In this document: positions 24,140 through 26,672 of the stretch, piece after piece
How the letters are laid out: every line of letters begins with the position of its first letter
How positions within the stretch are numbered: position 1 is the stretch's first letter
Translations under genes and position numbers: made by a program
The notes under the pieces: model-generated
Told to the model about the DNA's origin: nothing
The model's input: only the letters and a program-made list of their open reading frames with translations
Database searches by the model: none
IMG/VR virus record: IMGVR_UViG_3300030376_003861
Coordinates: 1 to 26,672 of that record
DNA: 26,672 bases
From: a virus
Taxonomy: Duplodnaviria; Caudoviricetes
Strand: one strand, 5' to 3'

Positions 24140-24574
24140 TTAAACAGTTGATAAATCATCGTTAGCCGTTCTATACCTGATCTGATAACTAGAAGTGACA
24201 ACGCCCGCAGGTTGGTCAGCATCGATTGATTCGTTTGTTGTCCCTGTTGGCACTAGATCCATCGCATAACCTCCAAGGGTTACATCACTCATTAAACGCG
24301 AATGCATATCTTCAACAATGGTATCTGCCACCTCGTCGGGTGTATCTCCAGAAACAAGGCAAGCAACTTCAATTTCTAAAGTCCAATTCAAAGTAGCCAA
24401 TGATGTTTCTTGAGCTGCTACGTCATTAGTCCAAGTCAGCAAAAGAGCTGGAAGTTGTGACCTTTGGGCTAGAGGTAAAACGCGGCTTCTATATGCGCGG
24501 CTGCTTATTCCTGTTGTTGCTGTTATCGCTGTTTTTACAGCGTCTAAAATATGTTCTCTTCTAGTCGTGGCCAT
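24140..24574 (-). CDS. Tail terminator / completion protein
   Basis: 144 aa, TRREHIL...LPALLL...YQIRYRT; synteny. Confidence 0.7.
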   Translation of the reverse strand: MATTRREHILDAVKTAITATTGISSRAYRSRVLPLAQRSQLPALLLTWTNDVAAQETSLATLNWTLEIEVACLVSGDTPDEVADTIVEDMHSRLMSDVTLGGYAMDLVPTGTTNESIDADQPAGVVTSSYQIRYRTANDDLSTV

Positions 24575-24856
24575 TTAAACTTTCTCCAGTGAGATTTGAC
24601 AAGTAAGGCCGTCTAAATCTTTTTCGTTTGTTCTAACTTTGTAGTTAACAGAATTAACAGCGATTGCATCACCAGCGGCAAGGCTCCCGAAATCGGCGAA
24701 TTTACAAGTAAGAACGCGGTCTACAAAAATTAACTGATCACCCGCAACTACCGAAGTCGGTTCATCAAGAATGCCATTTGCAGTAGTTCCCCCCGCAGTG
24801 CAAGAAACACCGAAGGGAGAACCAAGCATTGTGTCTATGTCATCAGCAAATGACAT
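24575..24856 (-). CDS. Head closure / head-tail joining protein (FII-like)
   Basis: 93 aa beta-rich, GDAIAVNSVNYKV...DG; synteny. Confidence 0.7.
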   Translation of the reverse strand: MSFADDIDTMLGSPFGVSCTAGGTTANGILDEPTSVVAGDQLIFVDRVLTCKFADFGSLAAGDAIAVNSVNYKVRTNEKDLDGLTCQISLEKV

Positions 24857-24862
24857 CTATTT

Positions 24863-25252
24863 TTATGTTGTGTACTTCTTAGAAGCGTAAGCAGTGACGT
24901 TTACGGCTCCTGTTCCTGTTCCTCCAGCCACAACACTTGCCACTCTTACATAGCGCTTAAGATCAGAAATGTTTAAAGAGATCTGTTCAAACGCTGCTGT
25001 ATTAGCTGCCGTAGTTGTGAATGCGCCTTTACCGTTTTGGCTTACATCTGACCAATCGGAGTTGTTAGCGCTTTCCTCAAGATGAACAGCAAGAGTTACG
25101 CTTGAACCCATTGCTTCAGAAGAAAGAACGAAAGCAGCGCTCGATTCGTAGCCCTGCAAGTCAACTCCGCTTCCATTTGCGCTCGATGCCAAGACGTCGT
25201 TTGGAAGTATGTCGATTGCGGTTCCTTTTGAACCTAAATTTTGAATAGTCAT
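24863..25252 (-). CDS. Putative capsid cement/decoration protein
   Basis: 129 aa beta-sandwich-like, LEESANNSDWSDV and KRYVRV; located just after the capsid gene. Confidence 0.55.
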   Translation of the reverse strand: MTIQNLGSKGTAIDILPNDVLASSANGSGVDLQGYESSAAFVLSSEAMGSSVTLAVHLEESANNSDWSDVSQNGKGAFTTTAANTAAFEQISLNISDLKRYVRVASVVAGGTGTGAVNVTAYASKKYTT

Positions 25253-25464
25253 TAGTCAGATACCTCTGGGGTAGAAGTTGATTTAGCTTTTTTAGCTTTT
25301 GGTTTTGCTTTTGGTTCCTCTTGTTGAACCTCACAGACAACGGCTTCTTTTGCCTGCCCTGAATTAATTAGCTGCCTTGTTTCAGAGGGGGAAGCCTCGA
25401 CAACCTCCCCAACCTGAACGACTTCGCCTTTTAATCCGAATGAACTTAAGGCTTCAATCTTCAT
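25252..25464 (-). CDS. Small capsid-adjacent hypothetical protein with Lys-rich tail
   Basis: 70 aa coupled to the capsid and the next gene. Confidence 0.7.
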   Translation of the reverse strand: MKIEALSSFGLKGEVVQVGEVVEASPSETRQLINSGQAKEAVVCEVQQEEPKAKPKAKKAKSTSTPEVSD

Positions 25465-26672
25465 TTATGCACCTAGACAGAAACTTGCTGGATGCTTAAC
25501 AGCAACGTCAACATCTTGAAGAACGCGAACGCGAACATTTCCAGAAGCACCGCCTGTATAAGGATCAACTTGAAGATCAAGACCTGACCAATAACCAAGG
25601 ATCAATTCTGACCAGTTACCAAACCAGATGTCACCGGCTTCAACTTGATTTGAGACGTAAAGTGGATAACCGTTAACGACTCCATCTTCATTAACAAAGC
25701 GACCAGAACCAGAATCTTTAGTCTTAACTTTCATCGCTCCGGCAATGTTGGCTCTAGTTACATAAGCAAGAGAACCAGTTAATGCGTTACCAACAGAAAT
25801 ATCAGATTCCATGTTGACGACATCAGCAAAACTAGGATCGTTATTGCCAACATTTTCAGTTGCAATGCCTGTGACATTATGCAAGCCAAGTGGTTCAGAA
25901 CTAGAACCTAATCCGTAAAGAGCTGCGCGATCTATTTCAAGAGCAACAGAAGAAGCAAGTGAAGATCTAACAAGTGATTCAACATCTAAAGAAGACTGAA
26001 TTAAAAGCTTCCTAGAAATATCTGTCATTGCGCCAATTGTGCGAGGGGTCATGTTGACCTGCTCAATTGTCATATCGGATTCAGTTACATTTGAACCTTC
26101 GCCGACCCAGTAGCTAGTTTGCTGGCTTCCTTGTCTAGGAATTGAAATGTTTCCAGAAAGGCCGGTCAAGATTGTTGATCCTGTTTGAGCCAATACAGAC
26201 GCATTCTTTAACAGACTTATAAAATCACTTGAAAGCTCTGTTGCAACTAAATTACCGCCCGCTGTATCGGGTGAGGTTTGCATATCCCTACGAAATACCT
26301 CGTTAGGAATTGTTATGCCTCTAGATGCTCTACCTAGTTTTGCAGCAGCGGCTTCAGATGCTTCTATTTCAAAAGCAGCGGCCTCACGCTTTGCAGCGCT
26401 ACCAGGATTAGCAAGGTAGTCAATTGCTCTAAGAACTGAGAAGCTACGTGTTTCAGTTTCAGTTAAACCGATGTCAGTAGCGTCTGCCTTTGGTGCGATT
26501 GCTTCAGGCTTCCACTCACGAAGAACAGCAGAATTAAAATCTGCAACGCTTCTATCTTCCTTAATGTAGGTTTCGCCTAAATCTTGAAGATTGTATTTTG
26601 CGGCAACAGTTTGAATTTCTTGGATTCTTGAACGCTCAGCTTTGATCACTTTTTGGGTGTCAACTTCTGAAC
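25465..26672 (-). CDS. HK97-fold major capsid protein, 5'-truncated by the window edge
   Basis: GGNLVAT, ISIPRQ, WVGEG, ISRKLLIQS, EP.GL, FGNWSEL and DVAVKHPASF; frame is open to the window end. Confidence 0.92.
   Translation of the reverse strand, partial: SEVDTQKVIKAERSRIQEIQTVAAKYNLQDLGETYIKEDRSVADFNSAVLREWKPEAIAPKADATDIGLTETETRSFSVLRAIDYLANPGSAAKREAAAFEIEASEAAAAKLGRASRGITIPNEVFRRDMQTSPDTAGGNLVATELSSDFISLLKNASVLAQTGSTILTGLSGNISIPRQGSQQTSYWVGEGSNVTESDMTIEQVNMTPRTIGAMTDISRKLLIQSSLDVESLVRSSLASSVALEIDRAALYGLGSSSEPLGLHNVTGIATENVGNNDPSFADVVNMESDISVGNALTGSLAYVTRANIAGAMKVKTKDSGSGRFVNEDGVVNGYPLYVSNQVEAGDIWFGNWSELILGYWSGLDLQVDPYTGGASGNVRVRVLQDVDVAVKHPASFCLGA

Overview
This window is part of a lambda-like long-tailed (siphovirus-type) phage genome. 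A marine picocyanobacterial host is my inference from gene style and AT richness, not shown directly. The left arm (1-5.8 kb) has a leftward XRE-like regulator missed by the ORF track. It is followed by rightward early genes: an AAA/RepA-like replication protein with an internal iteron array, a PD-(D/E)XK nuclease, an Hjc-like resolvase, and a C5 cytosine methyltransferase whose motif IX lies in an overlapping reading frame. Region 5.8-7.0 kb holds three tandem mini-gene cassettes, each with an operator, a -10 box, a covarying GAGA-tetraloop leader hairpin, a tiny ORF and a terminator. Each cassette is followed by a candidate minus-strand structured RNA. Region 7.5-11.2 kb holds small membrane genes and an uncharacterised module of exported/membrane proteins, with no recognisable endolysin. 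Region 11.1-26.7 kb (minus strand) encodes two tail fibres, lambda-like J/I/K(split)/L/M tail tip proteins, a short tape measure, a -1 frameshifted tail chaperone pair, tail tube, neck proteins and a truncated HK97 major capsid gene. A pseudo-palindrome GGGGT-NN-ACCCY occurs at seven intergenic sites and probably marks a regulon. All calls are by eye; no database searches or folding programs were run.
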